DNA from: Escherichia phage UGJNEcP1
Length of the DNA: 64,000 nt
Sequence record: OV754623
Strand: one strand, 5' to 3'
In this document: in pieces, positions 38,829 to 48,065 of the stretch
Layout: each line of letters begins with the position of its first letter
Position numbering within the stretch: position 1 is the stretch's first letter
Made by a program: the position numbers and the translations under genes
The notes under the pieces: generated by a model
Told to the model about the DNA's origin: nothing
The model's input: the letters and a program-made list of their open reading frames with translations, nothing else
The model's database searches: none

Positions 38829-39847
38829 ATCTTCGAATAACGAGATAATCTCATTTTAGCATGCAACCCACTTGAAATATTCTGTTTCATATATTCTAAA
38901 ATTTCTTGTGGTGTTGCATTTTCTTTCATTACCATATCATTCACATCCTTTGATCTCCACGGAGCTCGGTCCCAGAACATGACACGTTCGCCTGCATCAA
39001 CTAATCGCTTCATGCGAGCTATAGTATCCGGATGCCTAGGTTCATTATCCATTACCCATACCCGACGTTCTTTAAATGGTACCACATCTAAATCTATTGA
39101 GCCGCCTGTAATAGCGATTGCATTGGGTATGAATAAACTATCAATAGGGCCTTCCATTACCCAGACGTCTCCTTCCTTAACACGTTCAACACCATAAATT
39201 TTTGTTGCAGACTCAAACGCTTTAATAGTGATATATTTCTGAGGAGCATCTTTACGAAGTGCACGTCCTTGGAATGACTCGGCCTTACCATCTTTATTAA
39301 AAATAGGAATCACTAAACGTGGTTCGGGAATCTCTTTCTTGTACGTACCAGGTTGAATCTTGTTGACCAATTTAGGCCATTCTAATGTGAACCATAATCT
39401 GTTCCATGATTCTTTAGGAATACACCGAGACTTGACATATTTCACAATAGGATGCTCTTCAGGCAACTTGTCCAGACGAGAACAAGACGGCAAAGAATTT
39501 ATAGTCTTTTTCTCCGGTTCTGGTTTATGTTCAGGAACCTTTTCAATTTTTGGTTCCATTCTAGCTTTTTCTTTACGAACTTCCATTAGATATTCGCGAT
39601 AAAGCTCTTCATCATACTCTTTTAAGTATCCAGAAATTGTATTATGGTATTGACAGTTATAGCAATGTACATTACCAGGAGTACCGCCATAATACCATCC
39701 GCGAGCTTTCATTGCATCTGTCTGGGAGTCGCCACAAACTGGACAACGAAACGTTAATTTAAATGTGCTTGAATTATTGATTTGTCTAAAACGAGGGAGG
39801 TGAGAAAACGCACGATAAGCAAATTCATTATCTATCCATTCAGCCAT
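38825..39847 (-). CDS. 61: DNA primase gp61
   Basis: 340 aa (T4 gp61 342 aa); N-terminal zinc ribbon CPVCGDS...CYNC and TOPRIM-like region. Confidence 0.9.
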   Translation of the reverse strand: MAEWIDNEFAYRAFSHLPRFRQINNSSTFKLTFRCPVCGDSQTDAMKARGWYYGGTPGNVHCYNCQYHNTISGYLKEYDEELYREYLMEVRKEKARMEPKIEKVPEHKPEPEKKTINSLPSCSRLDKLPEEHPIVKYVKSRCIPKESWNRLWFTLEWPKLVNKIQPGTYKKEIPEPRLVIPIFNKDGKAESFQGRALRKDAPQKYITIKAFESATKIYGVERVKEGDVWVMEGPIDSLFIPNAIAITGGSIDLDVVPFKERRVWVMDNEPRHPDTIARMKRLVDAGERVMFWDRAPWRSKDVNDMVMKENATPQEILEYMKQNISSGLHAKMRLSRYSKI

Positions 39848-39886
39848 AGTATTCTCCAGAGGCCTTAAATTAATAAGGCCATCATA

Positions 39887-40381
39887 TCACAACTTATTAA
39901 TATTTACTTTAATTCGCTTTCTTTTCTTGGAAGGAATTTGTTCTGGACCTTTATTTACGACTGCACCTGAAGTAGTTCCTGATGCAATAGCTTGAGGACT
40001 GCCACCTGAATCACCAGCAACCATATCCTCAAATAAAGGGAGTTCTTTAAATATTTCTTTCTGTTGTTCTTCCGTAATGTTATAGCGTGAAGCTACAGCA
40101 CTCCAGGCAGACATCATTGAGGCCATTCCATTAAGACCTGGAACAGTGCTCATCATTCGCTTCATTGAACGAACTGAAGCATGAAAAGGTGTATAAGCCG
40201 CTTTCTCTTCAGGAGTGGAAGGGCGTTTAAGAACACTTCCACGTTCATCGATGATTTTGGCTTCATACGCTTTCCATTCGGTAAAAGGTTTTTGCATTAG
40301 TCGAATAAACTTATATGCGTAAACAGAATCTATTGCAGTGTTAATAATACCCATAGGTACCTCCTGAGTATATTTAATCAA
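39887..40381 (-). CDS. hypothetical protein (61.1 position)
   Basis: 164-aa ORF. Confidence 0.5.
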   Translation of the reverse strand: MIKYTQEVPMGIINTAIDSVYAYKFIRLMQKPFTEWKAYEAKIIDERGSVLKRPSTPEEKAAYTPFHASVRSMKRMMSTVPGLNGMASMMSAWSAVASRYNITEEQQKEIFKELPLFEDMVAGDSGGSPQAIASGTTSGAVVNKGPEQIPSKKRKRIKVNINKL

Positions 40382-40571
40382 TTACAAAGATTGCTTTGTC
40401 ACCATTTATATCTGTGACTTCATATGTAGTGCCTTCATACTGTGGAATATTCCAAATTACACCATCATTAGCTTTTACGCTAATATGGCATTGGTGTTTT
40501 GAAACAACTTCATAATCTTCAAAACTTGTAAAAACACTAATTTTAGAACCAGTGCAAATTGCAGTAGTCAT
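40374..40571 (-). CDS. hypothetical small protein
   Basis: 65-aa ORF with overlapping start/stop. Confidence 0.4.
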   Translation of the reverse strand: MTTAICTGSKISVFTSFEDYEVVSKHQCHISVKANDGVIWNIPQYEGTTYEVTDINGDKAIFVID

Positions 40572-40572
40572 T

Positions 40573-41232
40573 TTAACCTCGATTCATAAATGCATTAAAT
40601 ATTTGGTCATCAACAGAAATTTCTAATTCGACTTCAATTGCTTCAGCCTTTTCTTCAGGCGGTAATTCGTATCCACACACTACAATTTTTTCATCGATAT
40701 CAAAATATACAGAAGCAATATGATTAATGTTATTTTCAGTTAAGTCCAAATCAACATCAACATCTTTTTGACCTTCACTTAAAGGATAACTAATACGGGT
40801 TATTTTATTATCTTTAACAAAGAGTCCGCCAACATACTCTGTACTACGTTTGAAGTTTACACGTTTCCGAATTGAAAGATATGATGCATCTTTACCGTGA
40901 GCTCGGCTCATAGGACATAATGAATAGCTAGAATAAGAGATGTCAAATCCTACACCTTCAATATGAGCCAACGTATCATGATTAAACCAATTATAATCAT
41001 ATGCCAAATCCATTATATTGTAATATGTGAAAGGCACAGGATTAACATCATATGTTGTACCTTTAAAATCCGCCCATGCAACGATTTCGTTATCTTTAAC
41101 AATTACAAAAATTACACCAATATGGTATCCATTATTATTTTCATTCGGCGTTATATTATAACATTGTGCATTAGGAAATTTACCATATTTAAATGGCGCA
41201 TTTTTGTGCATATAATAAATCATATTATTCAC
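40573..41232 (-). CDS. hypothetical protein (61.2 position)
   Basis: 219-aa ORF. Confidence 0.5.
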   Translation of the reverse strand: MNNMIYYMHKNAPFKYGKFPNAQCYNITPNENNNGYHIGVIFVIVKDNEIVAWADFKGTTYDVNPVPFTYYNIMDLAYDYNWFNHDTLAHIEGVGFDISYSSYSLCPMSRAHGKDASYLSIRKRVNFKRSTEYVGGLFVKDNKITRISYPLSEGQKDVDVDLDLTENNINHIASVYFDIDEKIVVCGYELPPEEKAEAIEVELEISVDDQIFNAFMNRG

Positions 41233-41518
41233 CTGTGATTTCGGTTACGATATCTTTGTTATCGAAATTAGGGTCACAATACAAAACATAGTTGTACTGC
41301 ATGATACCGCCAGACTTAAGTTGTTCAACAACTTTATTAACCATATTAGGACGGTCTCGTTTAGTGATGTTCATGATATCAGAGAAGATTTGTTGTTCAA
41401 CATCTTCTTGATTTGCAGTCATTGACCACTCACAGAGGTCTTTATCATAACCTGCCGTAACTGGAGCCGGTGCACATGATACTGCAAGTAAGATTGCTGC
41501 CAATGATAACTTTTTCAT
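41225..41518 (-). CDS. sp: Spackle (Sp), periplasmic superinfection-exclusion protein
   Basis: 97 aa with signal peptide; GYDKDLCEWSMTA, IMNI.KRDRP, QLKSGG.MQYNYVLYCD match T4 Sp as recalled. Confidence 0.8.
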   Translation of the reverse strand: MKKLSLAAILLAVSCAPAPVTAGYDKDLCEWSMTANQEDVEQQIFSDIMNITKRDRPNMVNKVVEQLKSGGIMQYNYVLYCDPNFDNKDIVTEITGE

Positions 41519-41581
41519 TTTAACTCCTTAGTTGATTTGATAGGACTACTATACTATAGTCCATCTATAATGTAAACAAGT

Positions 41582-41830
41582 TTATTCTTTTTCGCGAATA
41601 ATAATTACTTGTTGAGGCTGCTGAGCAGATTTCTTTTCGGCAACGATAGACCAAATTAAAGTTCCAATCCAACCAACCATCGTCCAGTTAAAGAGTAAAG
41701 ATACAAAGAAGATTGCTGCTGTGCTTTTTGTGCCACGAATAAGTGCGATTACCCAAGGCAACATGTAAATGATGATTGAACCAATACCTGCGATTAAAAC
41801 TGCTACTGAACTAGCCACGAATAATTCCAT
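41582..41830 (-). CDS. small inner-membrane protein (two TM segments), immunity-like candidate
   Basis: 82 aa, two hydrophobic helices; adjacent to sp; function unverified. Confidence 0.45.
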   Translation of the reverse strand: MELFVASSVAVLIAGIGSIIIYMLPWVIALIRGTKSTAAIFFVSLLFNWTMVGWIGTLIWSIVAEKKSAQQPQQVIIIREKE

Positions 41831-41891
41831 GATAATTTCCTCTTGATTTGTTATGTTTATAGTATCTTATTTTAACTTTGGTGTAAACCAA

Positions 41892-42260
41892 TTAATTAAA
41901 TTTGTTTAAACGTTCAATACACTGGACGTAGTTATTCGCGATTTGTTTCTGGGTAGGCTCTTTACCAGTTGTTTCAACATAGCGAATGAATGCGATTTCA
42001 GTAGCCTGTAAGCAATGTTCTTTAACGCGTTGTTCCTTTGACAATGCTACAGTATCAGAGTCACGATAACGTTGAGCATGAGCGTCAGCTTGAATCATTC
42101 GATTACCTACAGTAACCGGGTCTTCCACTTCAACTTTAGGTTGTTCATATTGTTTAACATTCGGATTGTAAATCAGTTGGCCAACGTTATTAGGGATAAA
42201 GCCATGAGCACCACATCCGGTTAATCCGAATACCATTGCTAAAGCGATTAATTTTTTCAT
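41892..42260 (-). CDS. putative lipoprotein
   Basis: 122 aa; signal peptide with lipobox LTGC. Confidence 0.55.
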   Translation of the reverse strand: MKKLIALAMVFGLTGCGAHGFIPNNVGQLIYNPNVKQYEQPKVEVEDPVTVGNRMIQADAHAQRYRDSDTVALSKEQRVKEHCLQATEIAFIRYVETTGKEPTQKQIANNYVQCIERLNKFN

Positions 42261-42320
42261 TTCAATTTCCTCTGTAGTTGATAGAAAGATAGTAACACAG
42301 TATGTGGTGCTTGTAAACAG

Positions 42321-42578
42321 CTATTTTAAACTTTTGCGAAATTTGCGTTTTTCTTGACGAATCTGTCGTTTAGTCGGACGTACAGCAAATTTAACGAAGT
42401 CCACTTTGCCGTGTGGAAACTTTTCAGATGCTTCACAATCCATCATTAGTTCCCATCCTTCCAAAATAAGAGCTTTCCATTGGGTAGTTGATGCAAATTC
42501 GTATGTTGATGGTTTAAACACAGTTGAATACATATTAACCTCTGAAGTCTGCTTCAAAAACTTTCTCATCATTAACAA
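42321..42578 (-). CDS. hypothetical small basic protein
   Basis: 85-aa ORF. Confidence 0.4.
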   Translation of the reverse strand: MLMMRKFLKQTSEVNMYSTVFKPSTYEFASTTQWKALILEGWELMMDCEASEKFPHGKVDFVKFAVRPTKRQIRQEKRKFRKSLK

Positions 42579-42726
42579 ATGCTTTAACTAATGCATTGTT
42601 CACTTCAGCAAGTTGTACCGCAACCCACTCGATTTCTTCGCGATCACCTGATAACATGATATCTTTAGTGAACATCTCACCGCTTTTAAACCAACCGATA
42701 AAAGTAACTTTAGTTAATTTGCTCAT
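42535..42726 (-). CDS. dmd: Dmd antitoxin (inhibitor of RnlA/LsoA-type toxins)
   Basis: ORF 42535..42747; start at internal MSKLTKV gives about 63 aa; V.F.GWFK...MFTK.I and AEVN.ALVKAF..D.KV.E.D.RG match T4 Dmd as recalled. Confidence 0.75.
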   Translation of the reverse strand: MSKLTKVTFIGWFKSGEMFTKDIMLSGDREEIEWVAVQLAEVNNALVKAFVNDEKVFEADFRG

Positions 42727-43040
42727 ATTTCCTCGCAAAATGCCCATTCAGCGTGATAAACTGTAGCGCCTTTAGTATCATTCATTTGAACTACATCTAC
42801 CGGAGAAATTACTCGATAGAGACGTGGTTCACCTCCATAAGAGCGTGCTGCTCGTCCTGCATAAATCTTTGCTAAACCGATATCTTCGGTAAAGAATACA
42901 CGATCCAAGTTTTTCTTACGTCCTGTTTCAGACAGAACTCCTGTTTCTTCAGGAGGACAAAGCATGTTTTCGATGTTAGCTGAACTACTTGAACCGTGAT
43001 AAAAAATCTTAAATTCTGCTTTACAATCGATGGTTTTCAT
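42723..43040 (-). CDS. hypothetical protein
   Basis: 105-aa ORF. Confidence 0.45.
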   Translation of the reverse strand: MKTIDCKAEFKIFYHGSSSSANIENMLCPPEETGVLSETGRKKNLDRVFFTEDIGLAKIYAGRAARSYGGEPRLYRVISPVDVVQMNDTKGATVYHAEWAFCEEI

Positions 43041-43095
43041 TTTGTTCTCCAGTAGTTGATAGGTCTATAATAACACAACTACTGGAGAAGTAAAC

Positions 43096-43470
43096 TTAAA
43101 AACGTAATTTAGATATATCTGCGTTGATTTCGTTTTGGTTTGCGTCGTATGCAATTAAACGAACCGCTTTAGATGGGTCATTCAATGCATAGAAATGATG
43201 GAACATTGCTCGAACGATATCACCATTTACGAGTTCTACCTGGATAGGAGAACCTTTTTCGAGTTGGAAATGTTCATAAGCTTTGATGGTTCGTAGATAA
43301 TCAAGTTTTTGATTTCCAGCTCCAACTATTTGTACGATACGTTTGCCCATGTTTTCCATACGAGATACAATAGTTTTAGGAGCAAGAATAACGTAGGTTG
43401 CCAGCGGAGAAACTACTTCAACAGTTGTGTTTTCGGTGATTGCAGTAAAAATTGCTTGAGACATATTCAT
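43096..43470 (-). CDS. hypothetical protein
   Basis: 124-aa ORF downstream of gene 41 with a promoter-like sequence upstream. Confidence 0.5.
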   Translation of the reverse strand: MNMSQAIFTAITENTTVEVVSPLATYVILAPKTIVSRMENMGKRIVQIVGAGNQKLDYLRTIKAYEHFQLEKGSPIQVELVNGDIVRAMFHHFYALNDPSKAVRLIAYDANQNEINADISKLRF

Positions 43471-43535
43471 AATGTTTTCCTCTTGGTTTGTGTAAGTGCA
43501 TCATATCATGCCTAGAGGAAGATGTAAACCCCGAA

Positions 43536-43553
43536 AGGAGACCGAAGTCTCCT
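43536..43553 (-). terminator. tetraloop hairpin after gene 41
   Basis: AGGAGAC-loop-GUCUCCU; U-tract on the plus side, GTTTAC promoter element follows on the minus side. Confidence 0.4.
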
Positions 43554-43558
43554 TTTTA

Positions 43559-45001
43559 TTAAAATTTTAACTCATTGGCTAAGCTATCTAGGTCAGCACG
43601 TGTTGCTTTGGCTTTACCTACGCGTTCCGTACGATTCACCTCTGCCTGACGCATCTGAGCACCTGCGTTTTCATTTACTGTGTTAGGTGTGTTCATGCCT
43701 TCTTGCTCAATCTCAATCCATTTCTGGTTGCCTTTACGTACACCCATCAGGAATTTATTCCACTTATTCTTATCACCATAACGTGATTTGATTTGTTTGA
43801 TAAGTTGTTGTTCGGCTTGTGCAAGTTCTTCGGTTTCAATTACAGCCAACATGAAATCTGCCGTTGCTGGTAAACCTGCTGATTCTGCGATATCACTCAT
43901 GTTCATGTCTGAAGCATCCCATGCTGCACGTCCTACTTGAGCTGCAGTCCATAGAACTGTTTCAGATTCTACTGCTAATGCACGAAGTTCTTCTGCGATA
44001 GCTTTAACTAATGTGTAGCTATTTTCAGTGTAAACTCTGATACGACAAGACCCACAAATACCTAAGTAATCAACCATGATTACAGATGGCACAAAGTTCT
44101 TCTTAAGTTTTAACTCATTAAGCAATGCACGGAATGTATTAGCATTAGCTCCACCAGTAGGATACTGTTTAACTACTAAACGTCCTAATGTGGATTTTGA
44201 ACGCCATTTTTCCATCTTGGCTTTATATTCAGCATAAGATACGTTACCATCATCGATATCATCGAGTGATACGTCAAGCATGTTTGCATCTATACGCTTA
44301 GCACAAACTTCTTCAGCCATTTCCATGGAAATATAAAGAACATTATGTCCTGTTTGAAGATAATCTGCAGCAAGTGAACAAAGGCCTAAAGATTTACCAA
44401 CGTTAACACCTGCCATTAAAACGTTTAGTGTACCAGTTTCAGCACCGCCTTTGGTGATTTTATTCAAAATGTTTAATTTGAACGGGACCTTACGTGCTTT
44501 GTTCAGATAAGAAAGCCAGCGTGCTTCGTAGTCTTCCATCCAGTCATGTCCAACATAACTATCGAACGAAATTGAAAGTGCTTGACGCATAATATCAGGA
44601 ATAGCTCCTACATCAGGCATTTTCTTGTTACGTTGTTCTGGAGGTAGTTCAGCATTAGACTGAATCTCAATGATTTTGGACGTAGCATTATACATCGCTT
44701 TTTGCTGGACATATTTCTCAGTTTCTTTAACCAACCATTCGTGGTCTTCAGGAGTATCAGCCAATTTTTCAATTAGGTCTGAAGTTCCTTTATATTCGGC
44801 TTCAGTTAAAGAACTGTTATCTAAAGCCACCTTTAATGCATTGATAGATGGCATTGCATTATATTCGTTAACGTGGCTCTTTATAATTTTAAAGACATTT
44901 TTTGCCGGTCCACGCTCAAAGTAATCAGAATCCATATAAGGCCAGACCTTAGAAAAATAAGCCTGGTCATATACTAGATGAGACAAAATAATTTCTACCA
45001 C
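43559..45001 (-). CDS. 41: replicative DNA helicase gp41 (DnaB-like)
   Basis: 480 aa (T4 gp41 475 aa); Walker A GVNVGKS and DnaB-family C-terminal domain. Confidence 0.95.
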   Translation of the reverse strand: MVEIILSHLVYDQAYFSKVWPYMDSDYFERGPAKNVFKIIKSHVNEYNAMPSINALKVALDNSSLTEAEYKGTSDLIEKLADTPEDHEWLVKETEKYVQQKAMYNATSKIIEIQSNAELPPEQRNKKMPDVGAIPDIMRQALSISFDSYVGHDWMEDYEARWLSYLNKARKVPFKLNILNKITKGGAETGTLNVLMAGVNVGKSLGLCSLAADYLQTGHNVLYISMEMAEEVCAKRIDANMLDVSLDDIDDGNVSYAEYKAKMEKWRSKSTLGRLVVKQYPTGGANANTFRALLNELKLKKNFVPSVIMVDYLGICGSCRIRVYTENSYTLVKAIAEELRALAVESETVLWTAAQVGRAAWDASDMNMSDIAESAGLPATADFMLAVIETEELAQAEQQLIKQIKSRYGDKNKWNKFLMGVRKGNQKWIEIEQEGMNTPNTVNENAGAQMRQAEVNRTERVGKAKATRADLDSLANELKF

Positions 45002-45010
45002 GATAACTCC

Positions 45011-45373
45011 TTAAAAGAATTTAAATTTTTTCTTGGCCCGTTCATTAAAAGCTTGTTGTACTTGCATTGTAACACATTTTTCAACATGTGGTGCAAGTTC
45101 TGCTTTTCTGTCCTGGTCAAGAACTGCAAAGTCCATTACGATTTTACCATCAACCCAGTCTAGTTTTGTAATATAGACTATATGATGGGAACCATCTTCA
45201 AGTGTAATCAGAATCTCTTGAATGACATTTTCCATTGCTGAACGGATAATTTTAAGAGATTCATTAAACACTCGTTCTTTGCGAATGTCTTCCCCTTCCG
45301 AAGAAGGGGATTCATCAACGATTTCTAGATTTAAATCATCGAGATTATTCATCGAAATCTTCCATTTCGTCAA
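45011..45373 (-). CDS. 40: gp40 candidate (head vertex assembly chaperone)
   Basis: 120 aa (T4 gp40 114 aa); synteny between 41 and uvsX. Confidence 0.55.
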   Translation of the reverse strand: MTKWKISMNNLDDLNLEIVDESPSSEGEDIRKERVFNESLKIIRSAMENVIQEILITLEDGSHHIVYITKLDWVDGKIVMDFAVLDQDRKAELAPHVEKCVTMQVQQAFNERAKKKFKFF

Positions 45374-46517
45374 GGTCGTTTTCTATATCTGCTGCAGACG
45401 GAGCATCAGAAGTTTTAACCGGAACTTTAGTTGTTGCTTTGCAATTAATAAGGTCATTAACAGCGTCATCAACTTCTTTAATAGAAGAGATAGCACCTAG
45501 TTTATATTTAGTTTCAATTGCATCTCGGAAAGGTTTGTGTTTAAACAAAGGTCCCCAGAATTCTACACAATCAGTAGCTTTAGCACGCCATGATTTTTCT
45601 TCACGAATCATTTCACCTGTTTCTTCGTCAAGGAATTCGCGAGCATACCAACCGGCTTTAGGCTTAACTACAAAACCAATTTCAGTTGCCATTTCTAACA
45701 AGCCACTGAATGGGTCAATACCGCCATCAAAATTAACCGTGATTGGGAAAGTAGATTTTTCTTTAACGGTGCGAGATTTTTCTGCTTTCAACGTGAAGTC
45801 ATAACCGGTCAATTCTGTACCTTCTTTAACCTGACGTTTAGAGATAAAAAATACCGTGTTGGCAGAATAAAGAATACCTGTACCACCGCCCATAATCTCT
45901 TTAGGATACAATCCGCCAATTTCCATTGCGGTATGGTTGATTGCAACACATGGAATATCTTTAATAGTCAGATAAGGAGTCACAATACGGAACAGAGATT
46001 TAAGTGCCTTAGCACGAGACATATCACCTACAACTTTCTCGTTCAACGCATCTTCGGTTTCTTTCTTAGATGCAGTATTACCGATTGAATCGATAAAGAT
46101 AATAACTTTATCACCGCGTTCAATCGCGTCAAGCTGATTAGTCATATCAACTTTAAGTTGTTCGACTGACTGAATTGGTGTATGAACTACACGGTCTAAA
46201 TCAACACCCATTGAACGAAAATAAGATTCTGAAGCACCAAATTCTGAATCATAGAACAAACAAATTGCATCTTTATATTTCTTCATATATGCTGCAACCA
46301 TAGTTAGTCCAAACAACGTTTTAAAGTGTTTAGAAGGAGCAGCAAAAATAGTCAAGCCTGATTGCAATCCTGCATTCAGAGCACCACCTAATGCAATATT
46401 CAACATCGGAATACGAGTAGGGACTTCATCACGATTATTAAACAGCTTAGACTTAGTCAAGTCTGCAGTCATTTTAGAAGTAGAAGCTTTAATCAGACGA
46501 GATTTTAAATCAGACAT
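45345..46517 (-). CDS. uvsX: UvsX recombinase (RecA-like)
   Basis: 390 aa (T4 UvsX 391 aa); RecA-fold Walker A region and acidic C-terminus. Confidence 0.95.
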   Translation of the reverse strand: MSDLKSRLIKASTSKMTADLTKSKLFNNRDEVPTRIPMLNIALGGALNAGLQSGLTIFAAPSKHFKTLFGLTMVAAYMKKYKDAICLFYDSEFGASESYFRSMGVDLDRVVHTPIQSVEQLKVDMTNQLDAIERGDKVIIFIDSIGNTASKKETEDALNEKVVGDMSRAKALKSLFRIVTPYLTIKDIPCVAINHTAMEIGGLYPKEIMGGGTGILYSANTVFFISKRQVKEGTELTGYDFTLKAEKSRTVKEKSTFPITVNFDGGIDPFSGLLEMATEIGFVVKPKAGWYAREFLDEETGEMIREEKSWRAKATDCVEFWGPLFKHKPFRDAIETKYKLGAISSIKEVDDAVNDLINCKATTKVPVKTSDAPSAADIENDLDEMEDFDE

Positions 46518-46615
46518 TGTATTTTTCCATAGGCATCATTATATTTTACTCATGTTTAAAAGATAAGATGATTATATACTAAGAGTTATACAGCATTTAA
46601 AACTTTAAATGGCTC

Positions 46616-47164
46616 TTAACGAGCCCATTTAATGATTTCTGTAATCAAATTATTACGTTCGCTTGCATTAAATCCTATAACTTTGTTAGAACCATCATGA
46701 TTAAGTAATTGATACGTTTGGATTTTGTTATGAATTGCAAACTCTTCAAAATGTGAAATGACTGTATTAAAACCGAATGAAGACAAAGTAATAAGGTCGT
46801 CTTCAAAACTTTCAGTCATTTCGTTACGTGTTAAAATAATTGTGAACACATCATGGTTTTGGCAAAGACGAACATAATCCTGTTCATAAACGTCAAGAAC
46901 CGAGTCCGCATCTTGTCGAATACGTCCATAAACCCAGTTACTAATATATCCACGGTCTAATAGATAAATCTTAGTAGGGTCTAAATAATTCAACATCGTT
47001 TCGAAACAGCCAACTTCATTTCGAGACTTAACATCGAAACGCCCATCAACTGTTCGTTTAGGGAAATCAATCTTTACATATCTTTCACTAATTTCCATTA
47101 TATCATTAATGAAAGTTGTTTTACCAGCATTATCCGGCCCGTCTACTAAAATAATTTTAGCCAT
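46616..47164 (-). CDS. P-loop kinase (thymidylate/deoxynucleoside-kinase-like fold)
   Basis: 182 aa; Walker A GPDNAGKTT and downstream LLDRGY (DR motif); occupies part of the T4 beta-gt slot. Confidence 0.6.
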   Translation of the reverse strand: MAKIILVDGPDNAGKTTFINDIMEISERYVKIDFPKRTVDGRFDVKSRNEVGCFETMLNYLDPTKIYLLDRGYISNWVYGRIRQDADSVLDVYEQDYVRLCQNHDVFTIILTRNEMTESFEDDLITLSSFGFNTVISHFEEFAIHNKIQTYQLLNHDGSNKVIGFNASERNNLITEIIKWAR

Positions 47165-47165
47165 T

Positions 47166-48065
47166 TTATTCCTCGATTACGACATCTTCGTATTTAGGTA
47201 TATTATACGGTGAAGAAATTAAAGCATTAAAGTAGATGAACTCACCAAGACCTGGATGGAATACTTCTTCAGGATTTTCGAAATATTGAATCTTCGGACG
47301 TCCTTTAAGAATTTGATAGTACTCAGTTTTAGTTGGATTAAAAATTCGAATCAGCGCTTCTTCAGGATACTTATTTCTGTCGAAACTATTATTTGGATCA
47401 GTTATATAAAGCGGTTGACCTAATTGAATTGCGCATTCAACCACTTGTTCAAAACGATAGCATGGGTCACTAATTCGAAATGGATGAAAAATACCATCTA
47501 GATGAATAGGAGCCAAATCACCTACAAGACGCTGCATGACGGAAGGACGTATAACTTTCTGCGTTACGATAATCTTATTACCATCTGCACCTGCGTTAAC
47601 CAGCACTTCTTTTTGACGTTCATTCAACATAGTAGTTTGAAGTGAACGATTAACAGACAACATGTCGGTTTTTAAGAATTCATCAATATAAAAACGTGGT
47701 TTATTAGGGTCTGCAGTGATATTGAAATTGAATTCTACATCAAAAGCGCCGTCATATCCAGTGATATCTGTGATTAGAAAATCACAATCATAATAAGCAA
47801 TTAATGAATCAACCACAAATTCATTTTCAGACCAAAAATATTTACGAGTGTTATACGCGTTATCTTTATACCATAATGGAACAAACTTAAATTCTGGGAA
47901 AAGACGTTCACATTCTTTAATATCAGATGCATTACGTGGATATGTAATCACATCACCCGGATTAGCACGGTGCAAATGAAGTTGGAAGTTGCCATCCTTA
48001 AGGATAGCATACTGTCCAGTTTCATAAGACCGCATACTCAAGATAGGTACGCGGAAAATAGCCAT
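47166..48065 (-). CDS. hypothetical protein in the beta-gt slot (candidate transferase)
   Basis: 299 aa; no confident motif; positional replacement of T4 beta-glucosyltransferase; stop/start abutting neighbours. Confidence 0.5.
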   Translation of the reverse strand: MAIFRVPILSMRSYETGQYAILKDGNFQLHLHRANPGDVITYPRNASDIKECERLFPEFKFVPLWYKDNAYNTRKYFWSENEFVVDSLIAYYDCDFLITDITGYDGAFDVEFNFNITADPNKPRFYIDEFLKTDMLSVNRSLQTTMLNERQKEVLVNAGADGNKIIVTQKVIRPSVMQRLVGDLAPIHLDGIFHPFRISDPCYRFEQVVECAIQLGQPLYITDPNNSFDRNKYPEEALIRIFNPTKTEYYQILKGRPKIQYFENPEEVFHPGLGEFIYFNALISSPYNIPKYEDVVIEE

